Position numbers and translations under genes: made by a program. Source: Thermoplasmata archaeon (GTDB lineage Archaea; Thermoplasmatota; Thermoplasmata; RBG-16-68-12; JAGMCJ01). From it: a stretch of 64,000 bases of DNA. The notes under the pieces were generated by a model that saw nothing but the letters and a program-made list of their open reading frames with translations, searched no databases and was not told where the DNA came from. Shown in pieces: positions 1 through 7,758 of this stretch. The stretch spans positions 8,680-72,679 of the forward strand of contig JAGLRN010000069.1 in the NCBI GenBank assembly GCA_023136265.1. The letters run 5' to 3'. Each line of letters opens with the position of its first letter. Within the stretch, counting starts at the first letter, position 1.

Positions 1-1
1 A

Positions 2-454
2 CTTTATGTTGGGATTGAGCGCTTGCGGCGGGTTCCTTCTCCATTTTGACGTGGTCAGCCGAAGGCCTTGCTCCGCCTTCTCCTCGTACAGGGGTGCCAG
101 CGTCGTGGCGATGACTATTACCGTCGGTCTCTCGGTCCTTCGCGGGTCGAGGCCGAGTGTGCCCGCTCCCCTCGTCACGATGGGCCTTATGTAGCCCTCC
201 TGGACCTCGTTCCTGCGGCAGACTTCCAGAATCACGTCCCTGAAATCGGCCTGGCCCAGTGGAACCTCCAGGCTTATCATCCCGGCCGATTGATAGAGTC
301 GCTCGAGGTGCCTGTCGAGCTTGAAGACCCTCCCGCCATAGGTCCGGATGCCCTCGAAGATGCCGTCCCCGTACAGAAGGCCGTGATCGAAAACCGATAT
401 CTTCGCGTCCTTCTTCGGAAGGTACTGACCGTCGATGTAGACTATCGGTTCCAT
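2..454 (-). CDS. ilvE: Branched-chain amino acid aminotransferase (class IV PLP), 5' part; runs off the window edge
   Basis: Not in the ORF track. Manual translation from ATG at 454 gives MEPIVYIDGQYLPKKDAKISVFDHGLLYGDGIFEGIRTYGGRVFKLDRHLERLYQSA, the class IV aminotransferase N-terminal signature. Confidence 0.92.
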   Translation of the reverse strand, partial: MEPIVYIDGQYLPKKDAKISVFDHGLLYGDGIFEGIRTYGGRVFKLDRHLERLYQSAGMISLEVPLGQADFRDVILEVCRRNEVQEGYIRPIVTRGAGTLGLDPRRTERPTVIVIATTLAPLYEEKAEQGLRLTTSKWRRNPPQALNPNIK

Positions 455-572
455 ACAGACCTACGAGATTCGTACTGACTATTAAAGCCCTTCATTGCGC
501 GCCCCCAGCACCTGCTTTGGAGCGGACCGACGGGAACGATTAATACCATGAGAGCGGATTGTATGACCGCCC

Positions 573-1244
573 ATGGATCCCCTGAACCACGCGCTCATTG
601 CCTGGATGATCGCCAACAGCTTCGACGTGGATACCCGAACCCGCCGATTCTGCCTGCTCGCGGGGGTCATCCCCGACCTCGACGGGATCCCGATTCTGTT
701 CGACGAGCAGTTGTTCCAGGCCGTGCACCACACGTTCGGGCACACGCTCCTTTTCGGAGTGCTCGTGTCGCTCGTCCTTGCCCTCTTCCTGGAGAAGAAG
801 AGGCTGGGATTCTCCGTGATCCTGCTGGGCTTCGCTGCCCACCTCGGGGCTGACATCATAGGCTCGAATTGGCCTGTTCCCGTGTTCGCGCCATTCCTTC
901 CCGCTCAGATCTCCGTCTCCCCGTACGTATCGGATTTCGTCATCTACAGCGTAATAGGCCCGGCGTTCCTGGTCCTGGGGACTTTGGCGGCGGTTCTCAT
1001 ACTGGTCCGACTGAAGAGAACACCGATGGAGTTCTTCTCCAAGAGATGGGACGGGATCATGGTCAACTTCCTGACACTGCCGTTCAAGGAGAGATGCTAC
1101 CTCTGCGGCAAGCGGGCGTTCCTTGTGTGCGAGGACTGCAATAGGACGGTGTGCATGTCTCACGTTGACGAGTCGACAAAGCGCATACTTTGCACTCCAT
1201 GCACTGACTCGACGGGGAATGTGAACCAGAGAGCGGACACCTAG
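573..1244 (+). CDS. YdjM/LexA-binding-like membrane metal-dependent hydrolase with a C-terminal Cys/His zinc finger
   Basis: Motifs H-x(n)-PDLD, HHTFGHTL and HLGAD in a multi-TM protein; tail CYLC..CEDC..CMSH..CTPC. Confidence 0.75.
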   Translation: MDPLNHALIAWMIANSFDVDTRTRRFCLLAGVIPDLDGIPILFDEQLFQAVHHTFGHTLLFGVLVSLVLALFLEKKRLGFSVILLGFAAHLGADIIGSNWPVPVFAPFLPAQISVSPYVSDFVIYSVIGPAFLVLGTLAAVLILVRLKRTPMEFFSKRWDGIMVNFLTLPFKERCYLCGKRAFLVCEDCNRTVCMSHVDESTKRILCTPCTDSTGNVNQRADT

Positions 1245-1420
1245 ATGAAAGAACCGGCACGATTCCCAATGCGACCTGAACCACTCTTCTCAGAGTCTCT
1301 CCCGTCGTTCCACACTCTCCCACTCATCTTGAGAGTAGTGCTCGGATGTAGATGATGTTCTCTGGGGTCATTGGGTGCTTCCGAAGAGTCTGGAAAGGTG
1401 AGTAACCTCTCCCAGAGGAC

Positions 1421-1428
1421 AAAAAAAA
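1421..1428 (-). terminator. Poly-T (T8) archaeal-type terminator of the pilin gene
   Basis: A8 on the + strand, about 18 nt downstream of the pilin stop, preceded on the - strand by a pyrimidine-rich tract. Confidence 0.55.
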
Positions 1429-1445
1429 TAGAGAGGGGGGAGTGT

Positions 1446-1898
1446 TTAGGTCTCCCAGTCGACACTTCCCCTTATGTTCCCGGAATCTCTCCAGAATATG
1501 TTCAGCTCGTAGCGGCTCTCTGGTTCGCAGGTGATGATGAAGCGGTCACCAGAGGTCAGTCTGCCACCGTCATCGAGGTCGGTGAATCTATAGTTGCCTT
1601 TGCTGACTTCCTCGAGCGGGTCCATTGTGTGAACTCTGGTCCCGTTCTTGAGGATGATCACCTTGTAGAAGCTGAGTTCCTCGTTGGTCGGTGTGCTGGT
1701 GACACGAAACTCCCAAATGTCCGGTCCAATGGGTTCCTTGCTCATCACGACTTGCCCCGGCGGTTCTGGTTCGGGGGGGATGAGGTTGGTCACCAACACG
1801 TACAAAACAGCTGCGAGCACCACGGTGATCGCCACCATCAATATGGTCGCGATAACCGGAGACACGGCTACGTCGTTCCTTATCCAGGCTCTTTCCAA
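1446..1898 (-). CDS. Archaeal type IV pilin (class III signal peptide, DUF1628-like)
   Basis: N-terminus ..RNDVA|VSPVIATILMVAITVVLAAVLY is typical of archaeal pilins; C-terminal DLDDGGRLTSGDRF motif. Confidence 0.88.
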   Translation of the reverse strand: MERAWIRNDVAVSPVIATILMVAITVVLAAVLYVLVTNLIPPEPEPPGQVVMSKEPIGPDIWEFRVTSTPTNEELSFYKVIILKNGTRVHTMDPLEEVSKGNYRFTDLDDGGRLTSGDRFIITCEPESRYELNIFWRDSGNIRGSVDWET

Positions 1899-2045
1899 GT
1901 TTTGTCCTCCTGCAGACTTTCGCCTGCAGTTAGTAGACTCTGTAATCGGAGCCAGATAAATGTTTCGGTGGAAACGAGGGTTTTGCAGTGCTCCAGCTCC
2001 GCGTCTGGAAAATAGTGACTAGAGGGCCTTGCGTGAAAGCCTTCC

Positions 2046-2198
2046 CTATTTCGCCCGCTTCATCGGTGCACCGCAGCAGTACGGTGTCGCCTGGGGCTCC
2101 TCATCGAACTCGATGACGCAGCACGTGCAATCGTCCCCACAGTCGCACTCGTACTTGATCGGCTTCCCGGTCTCAGAGCAACCGCATTTCTCGCACAC
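2046..2198 (-). CDS. Small Cys-rich metal-binding protein (50 aa, 10 Cys)
   Basis: GTG start at 2198 behind a GGAGGTG SD; sequence MCEKCGC..CDCGDDCTCC..YCCGAPMK; last gene of the isc operon. Confidence 0.7.
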   Translation of the reverse strand: MCEKCGCSETGKPIKYECDCGDDCTCCVIEFDEEPQATPYCCGAPMKRAK

Positions 2199-2226
2199 AT
2201 TTACACCTCCCTTCATCTTCAGACCA

Positions 2227-2682
2227 TCAACAGGTATCACAGTGATTATGGTTGTGCTCGCACGTGTGCCCCGCCGGCTTCTCCTCTTCCTCGACTATCT
2301 CGCCTTTCTTGCGCTTGAAGTCCTTGATGGCCTCGTGAAGCGCGTCCGCTGCCAGGTTCGAGCAATGCATCTTGACGGGCGGGAGGCCGTCCAACTCGTC
2401 CGCCACGTCGTTGCGCGTGATCTTCATCGCCTCGTCCAAGCGCATCCCCTTCGCCATCTCGCTCACCATGCTGCTCGTCGCGATGGCCGAGCCGCAACCG
2501 AACGTCTGGAACCTGATGTCCTCGATCTTGTCGTCCTTGACCTTGATGAAGATCTCCATGAGGTCCCCGCAGATGGGGTTCCCGACCTTTCCGTGACCGT
2601 CTGCGTCGTCCATTGTCCCCACGTTCTTCGGGTTCATGAAGTGCTCCATCACCTTCTTGCTGTATCCTATCTGCTGTGCCAT
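2227..2682 (-). CDS. iscU: Fe-S cluster scaffold IscU/NifU-N
   Basis: YSKKVMEHFMNPKNVG, GNPICGD, FGCGSAIA and LPPVKMHCS; extra His/Cys tail. Confidence 0.95.
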   Translation of the reverse strand: MAQQIGYSKKVMEHFMNPKNVGTMDDADGHGKVGNPICGDLMEIFIKVKDDKIEDIRFQTFGCGSAIATSSMVSEMAKGMRLDEAMKITRNDVADELDGLPPVKMHCSNLAADALHEAIKDFKRKKGEIVEEEEKPAGHTCEHNHNHCDTC

Positions 2683-2692
2683 TCTATCACCC

Positions 2693-3853
2693 TTATTCCT
2701 TGCCCAAAGATGAAATCTTCCTCAGTTTCACGACCATTTCGTTCACGGCGTCCACGACCCTGGGCACCTGCTCGACCGTGTTCGACCGTCCGAGCGTCAT
2801 GACCATGGAACCGTGCGCCTCCTCGTGCTTCAGCCCGATGGCCAACAGCACGTGTGACGGCTCCAGCGTCTTTGACGAGCACGCCGAGCCTGTCGAGACC
2901 TGTATGCCTTGGGCGTCCATGATCAGGAGTATGCTCTCACCCTCTATGTGGCTGAAACGGAAGCTCGCGTGGTGCGGCAGCCTCTTCGTCGGATGCCCGG
3001 TGAGGTAGGTCTCCTCTATTTTCAGTATCTCCTCGATCAGGCTGTTCCTCATCTCGCTCAGGCGGGCGCTCTCCGTGCCCATCTCCTCACGCGCGATTCT
3101 GGCCGCCTCGCCCATGCCGGCGATTGCGAAGATGTTCTCGGTGCCTGACCTGAGCCCTCGCTCCTGTCCTCCGCCCGGAAGGACCGGCTGGATCCTGACG
3201 CCTGTCTTCACGTACAATGCACCGGCTCCTTGGGGACCGTACATGTCGTTGGAGGACAGCGTCAGCAGGTCTATGCCATCCGCCTGAACATCTATCGGTA
3301 TCCGACCTGCCGCGGCGGTCGCGTCCACATGAAGGTATACGCCCTTTTCATGCACAATCTCGCTGATCTCTCGGATGGGTTCAATCGTCCCGATCTCGTT
3401 GTTCGCGTACATTATCGACGTCACCGTGGTCTCCCTGGTCGCCGAGTCCTCCAGCTTCTCGAGGTCAACAATGCCGCTCGAATCCACGGGAACCGTGGTA
3501 AACTCGAATTCGTTCTTCTGCAGATCCTTCATCGGGTTGAGGACGGACATGTGCTCTATCGCACTGGAGACGACCTTCTTTCCCTTTCCGACATTCCTGA
3601 GAGCCGCACCCTTAATCGCCAGATTGTTCGCCTCGGTTGCCCCGCTCGTGAACAATATCGTCTTCTCTTTCTCCGCGTTGATTAGGGCGGCGACCTTCGT
3701 TCTGGCATCCTCAATGGCCCGCCTGGCTTCCAGACCGACGGAATGAAGGGACGAGGGGTTTCCGTAGCCGCCCGCAAGATACGGTTCAGCGAACCTGAGC
3801 GCTCTCGCGTCGACAGGCGTTACGGATGCGTGATCCAGGAATATTCTCTCCAT
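2693..3853 (-). CDS. iscS: IscS-family cysteine desulfurase homolog with the PLP lysine replaced by Asp
   Basis: GNPSSLH, FTSGATEANN, RSGTEN and STGSACSS (catalytic Cys) are present; SSNDMYGPQG replaces SxHKxYGPKG. Confidence 0.92.
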   Translation of the reverse strand: MERIFLDHASVTPVDARALRFAEPYLAGGYGNPSSLHSVGLEARRAIEDARTKVAALINAEKEKTILFTSGATEANNLAIKGAALRNVGKGKKVVSSAIEHMSVLNPMKDLQKNEFEFTTVPVDSSGIVDLEKLEDSATRETTVTSIMYANNEIGTIEPIREISEIVHEKGVYLHVDATAAAGRIPIDVQADGIDLLTLSSNDMYGPQGAGALYVKTGVRIQPVLPGGGQERGLRSGTENIFAIAGMGEAARIAREEMGTESARLSEMRNSLIEEILKIEETYLTGHPTKRLPHHASFRFSHIEGESILLIMDAQGIQVSTGSACSSKTLEPSHVLLAIGLKHEEAHGSMVMTLGRSNTVEQVPRVVDAVNEMVVKLRKISSLGKE

Positions 3854-3869
3854 GGCATTTCCCCGCGGA

Positions 3870-4109
3870 CTACTTCGTCTTCCTGATGTATGCTGTCATC
3901 ATTGTTCCTTCTCTCTCGAACCTGACTATATCGTGTCCCATATTCTTGGCCCAAACCTTGAGGTCGCCCTCATAGGCTGAGTCATCTGCCTCGACCATGA
4001 GTATCTGACCGACATCGAGGCTGTCAATCGCCTGCTTCGTCTTCATGATGGGCATGGGGCAGAAGAGCCCCACACAGTCGAGTTCGGCGTCAGGTACGAT
4101 GTCTTCCAT
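3870..4109 (-). CDS. tusA: TusA/SirA-family sulfur carrier protein
   Basis: LDCVGLFCPMP motif, 79 aa, adjacent to iscS. Confidence 0.88.
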   Translation of the reverse strand: MEDIVPDAELDCVGLFCPMPIMKTKQAIDSLDVGQILMVEADDSAYEGDLKVWAKNMGHDIVRFEREGTMMTAYIRKTK

Positions 4110-4121
4110 TCTTTCCCCCGC

Positions 4122-4694
4122 TCAATAGTTCTCCGCCAGGAGCTCGAAGTAAGCCTTTGTGTGCAGGCAGGTCGGGCATTTCTCCGGCGGCTCCGTGCCC
4201 TCGTGGATGTACCCGCAGTTCCTGCACTTCCATTTCATCGGTGCGTCGACTTTGAAGACCTTCCCGCCGCGGACGTTCTCGAGCAGCTTGAGGTAGCGCT
4301 TCTCGTGCTGCCGCTCGACCTTTGCGATGTTCCTGAACTGAGCCGCTATCTCGGGCAAACCCTCTTCCTCGGCCACGTCGCCCATCTCCTTGTAGATCTG
4401 GGTCCACTCCATGTTCTCTCCCTTGGCGGACGCCTCGAGGTTCGCGGCGGTGTCGCCGATCACGCCCGCCGGATAAGCGGCAGTAATCTCGACGTCTCCG
4501 CCTTCCAGATACTGGAAGTATCTCTTGGCATGCTCTCTCTCGTTCTCGGCTGTCTCAAGGAAGATGGCGGCGATCTGCTCATAGCCCTCCTTCTTTGCCA
4601 CGCTCGCGAAATACGAGTATCTGTTCCTCGCCTGCGACTCTCCCGCGAAAGCCGCCAGGAGATTCTTCTCCGTTCTTGTTCCTTTCACACTCAT
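4122..4694 (-). CDS. rbr: Rubrerythrin
   Basis: AFAGESQARNRY, two ExxH di-iron motifs, C-terminal rubredoxin-like CRNC..CPTC. Confidence 0.95.
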   Translation of the reverse strand: MSVKGTRTEKNLLAAFAGESQARNRYSYFASVAKKEGYEQIAAIFLETAENEREHAKRYFQYLEGGDVEITAAYPAGVIGDTAANLEASAKGENMEWTQIYKEMGDVAEEEGLPEIAAQFRNIAKVERQHEKRYLKLLENVRGGKVFKVDAPMKWKCRNCGYIHEGTEPPEKCPTCLHTKAYFELLAENY

Positions 4695-5869
4695 TCTCTC
4701 ACCTTCTTTCCCAATTCCAATCCAATCTGTCTGACCTTGTCCAACTCATCCTCATCGGGAACGAACTTGATGTTGATGCTCTCCAAGGGCATCTCCCACT
4801 TGAGCTCCTTCACGATGTCCTCCATGTGTCCAACAGCTTGCCCGCCCCAGCCGTAGGAGCCGAAGACGAAGCCGATCCTGTTGAGCGGCTTGAGTCCTTT
4901 CATGTAAGTCAGGAACCCGCCCATCGTCGGAAGCATCTGGTTGTTGAGGGTTGGGGAGCCCAGAAGAACGATCTTGGATGTGAGGATATCCGTCATCACA
5001 TCGGACATGTGGCTCACCTTCAGGTTCCTCTTCGTGGCAGGAATCCCGGATTCTCTCAGGCCCTCCTCGAGCTTACGGGCTATCATCTCAGTGGAACCCC
5101 ACATCGTGTCATAGACGATGACCGCCCTGTTCTCGGTCTCGTGGCTGGACCACTTCTTGTACTCCTCAAGAATCCTCGGCAGCCAAGTCCGCCAGATGAT
5201 CCCGTGACTCGGTCCTATCATGTCGATGTCGAGCCCAGAGAGAGCATCCAGTGCTTTGCTCACCTGCCCGTCATAGGGAAGGACTATGTTGCCGTAGTAC
5301 TTGGCGGCCTCCTCCTTGAGTATGTCCCAGCAGATCTCGTCATCGAACCGCTCTGACGTCGCCAGGTGCTGCCCGAAGGCATCGTTCGGCAGCAACAACT
5401 TCTCCTCCGGGATGTAGGTGACCATCGAGTCGGGCCAGTGGACCATCGGGATGTGTACGAACTGTAGTGTTCGTTCCCCTATCTTGAGTGATTCACCAGA
5501 CTCCACCGCTTTCAGGTTCAGATCCTTCTTGTAGTGCCTAACAAGGCCCTTCTTACCGCGAGGGGATGCCAGCACTGTTGCGTTAGGCACTACATCCAGC
5601 ATAAGCGGCAATGAGCCTGAGTGGTCCATCTCAACATGATTCGAAACTATGTAGTCGATCCTGGCGGGGTCAACGATCTCCTTGATCCGAGAGAGCATCT
5701 CATCGAAGAAAGGTCTCTTGACCGTGTCCACGAGCACGATCTTCTCGTCAACTATGAGATATGCGTTGTATGTTGAGCCCCGGTCCGTCGTGTAGCCGTG
5801 GAAGTCCCTGAGGTCCCAGTCAATCGCACCTACCCAGTATATGCCGGGTTTTATCTCGACCTTGTCCAC
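4691..5869 (-). CDS. fprA: Flavodiiron protein FprA (O2/NO reductase)
   Basis: HVEMDHSG, HWPD, DAFGQH and PSHG metallo-beta-lactamase ligands, plus a flavodoxin domain (TMWGST, GSYGWGG). Confidence 0.95.
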   Translation of the reverse strand: MDKVEIKPGIYWVGAIDWDLRDFHGYTTDRGSTYNAYLIVDEKIVLVDTVKRPFFDEMLSRIKEIVDPARIDYIVSNHVEMDHSGSLPLMLDVVPNATVLASPRGKKGLVRHYKKDLNLKAVESGESLKIGERTLQFVHIPMVHWPDSMVTYIPEEKLLLPNDAFGQHLATSERFDDEICWDILKEEAAKYYGNIVLPYDGQVSKALDALSGLDIDMIGPSHGIIWRTWLPRILEEYKKWSSHETENRAVIVYDTMWGSTEMIARKLEEGLRESGIPATKRNLKVSHMSDVMTDILTSKIVLLGSPTLNNQMLPTMGGFLTYMKGLKPLNRIGFVFGSYGWGGQAVGHMEDIVKELKWEMPLESINIKFVPDEDELDKVRQIGLELGKKVRE

Positions 5870-5873
5870 CCGA

Positions 5874-6293
5874 TCAGCCTCCGACCCCTTTCAGACAATC
5901 CCTGCAGGTGCCCTTGAAATAGCCGTGGACCTCTTCAACCTTATGACCCTTCTCGGGCATGCAATCCATGCAGAGCCCCTTGATGTGGATGTCCACTATC
6001 CGTCCGCAGCTGGTGCATAGGAAGTGCTGATGTCGAGTCGATTTGTAGTCGTATCTGGACTCGGTGCCGGATATCGTTAGAACCTCAACCAGCCCATACT
6101 TGCTCAGGATGTCCAAGACATTATAGACCGTCGTCTTCGATAGAGAAGGGTTGTCCTTCTTCAGTGCCCTGTAGATGTCGTCGGCGGTGGGATGGATTCT
6201 ATTCTTATCCAGGAATCTCAGGACCTCGAGTCTCTGTGGTGTTACTTTTATTCCGTTTTCGCGGAGTATTCCAGTGTACTTCTCTGTATCCAT
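5874..6293 (-). CDS. perR: Fur-family peroxide-responsive repressor (PerR-like)
   Basis: TPQR, HPTAD, SKTTVYN, RYD..HQHFLCTSC..IVD and CRDC; heads the oxidative stress operon. Confidence 0.85.
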   Translation of the reverse strand: MDTEKYTGILRENGIKVTPQRLEVLRFLDKNRIHPTADDIYRALKKDNPSLSKTTVYNVLDILSKYGLVEVLTISGTESRYDYKSTRHQHFLCTSCGRIVDIHIKGLCMDCMPEKGHKVEEVHGYFKGTCRDCLKGVGG

Positions 6294-6318
6294 CCGTTCA
6301 CCCTCTGGGCACCTTATC

Positions 6319-6331
6319 TGTAATGATTACA
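6319..6331. promoter_or_regulatory. Fur/PerR-type operator TGTAAT-G-ATTACA
   Basis: Perfect 6-1-6 palindrome between a TATA-like TTTAATA (- strand, about 6356-6362) and the perR start codon. Confidence 0.65.
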
Positions 6332-6400
6332 ATGTAGTATTCAATACAAGTTATCTATTAAAGGCTTACGAGGTTCACTCTCCCCCGAGGGAAGCGTTAA

Positions 6401-7249
6401 ATGGGCTCACAAGCTATCCGGGACTGTGAGTTCATGAATGCCATTATGCTAAGGGCGGACCCGCTCGATTTCCTGGAGGATCTGGAATCGCCAATCGGAG
6501 TGTACCTCAGGAGGGCTGTGTTCAGCAAGAAGGGGGATGCAGGCCTACGGAGAAACCTGCATGAAGAAATCACCTCCGAACAGTCCGATGACGGAAGCTG
6601 GAATCAGCTGTTCGTCCACACCGCCAACAACCTCTGGAAGCTCGCGCTTCTCGGGTACGGGGAGAATGATAGGAGCATGAAGAAGGGACTGGACTGGCTG
6701 CTGACGACCCAGAAATCCACGTATCACGACCATCCGGGGTTCTTCTACTCCGGAAACAGGAGGGACCCGAGCCTCATGCGCGAGACATCATACGGAGAGT
6801 TCGGTCCAGGATGTACGATATTCTATCAGACGGCGTACGCGGTCCATCTTTTCCACGTTCTCGGTCTTGACGACAAGGAAGAGGTCCAGCAGACCGTGAG
6901 GTCGTACCTCAAGTTCTGGACGCCCACCTGGTGCGGTGCGTGGTGCACGATCAACGTACTCCGCGTGCTGATAGAGCACCCGCTCAGCGCGAGGACAAAG
7001 CGGGTCCAGGAGGGCCTGAAGTATCTAGCGGAGAAGCAGACTAGGACAGGAGCGTGGAAGAGCTATCCGTTCTATCACACGTTCCACGGCATTTCCCGGG
7101 CGAAGTCCAAGATGGCGAGGATGCAGATCGAGAACGCGCTGCCCTCCGTCATCAGAAGGCAGAACAAGGACGGAAGCTGGGGAAAGAAGGACAGGGAGAG
7201 CAGTACGTTCCTGGTACTTGACGGATTGAGGAACGCGGGAGCCTTATAG
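6401..7249 (+). CDS. Prenyltransferase/squalene-cyclase (QW) repeat alpha-barrel protein
   Basis: Repeats QSDDGSW, QTRTGAW and QNKDGSW. The start may be the ATG at 6434. Confidence 0.65.
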   Translation: MGSQAIRDCEFMNAIMLRADPLDFLEDLESPIGVYLRRAVFSKKGDAGLRRNLHEEITSEQSDDGSWNQLFVHTANNLWKLALLGYGENDRSMKKGLDWLLTTQKSTYHDHPGFFYSGNRRDPSLMRETSYGEFGPGCTIFYQTAYAVHLFHVLGLDDKEEVQQTVRSYLKFWTPTWCGAWCTINVLRVLIEHPLSARTKRVQEGLKYLAEKQTRTGAWKSYPFYHTFHGISRAKSKMARMQIENALPSVIRRQNKDGSWGKKDRESSTFLVLDGLRNAGAL

Positions 7250-7758
7250 GTTCTCCTATCTCTCCCCTATGATCCTCGCATCTTTTAGCTTCTTCCTCGC
7301 ATGTTTCACGCTTGGGGGTCGCATGTGGGTCGCATGGGCTCGCATGCAGCATGCTTGTAGCCTGCTTCTAGCCTGCTTGCAGCCTGCTCACGGCCCGCAC
7401 GCGGGTAGCTTGAATCGCTACGACCGTCCTACATGCTCCATTGTCGCCTCACCCTGCCCTGTTCCAGCCCCCTCCGAGGAATCCCTATGCATTCTCATCA
7501 TTTTGTCCCAATGGCGACGGCTTGCGAGTCGAAACCACATGTATGTGTGATACCTGCTGTGATATTCCACTTCTCAATACAGGAAGCAAAAGCCTTATTT
7601 GGTGACCAGACAATCCATGTCCTGGACTCGTGCGGTGTTCAATCCATGAGGTTCTCGGTCACCGCTCGTCATGCAGAAGAACGGGAAGACATATGTGGGC
7701 AGGAAAACTCAGACACAACGACTGTTCATATTCCATTTCCCACTCAAGGAGATAATTC

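Noticed and set aside
68-478. 136-aa plus-strand ORF at the window start
   Set aside because: Antisense to the clearly recognisable ilvE.
7298-7388. Short repeats as a possible CRISPR or iteron array
   Set aside because: Units are only 6-8 bp, with no spacers of CRISPR length and no cas or rep gene.
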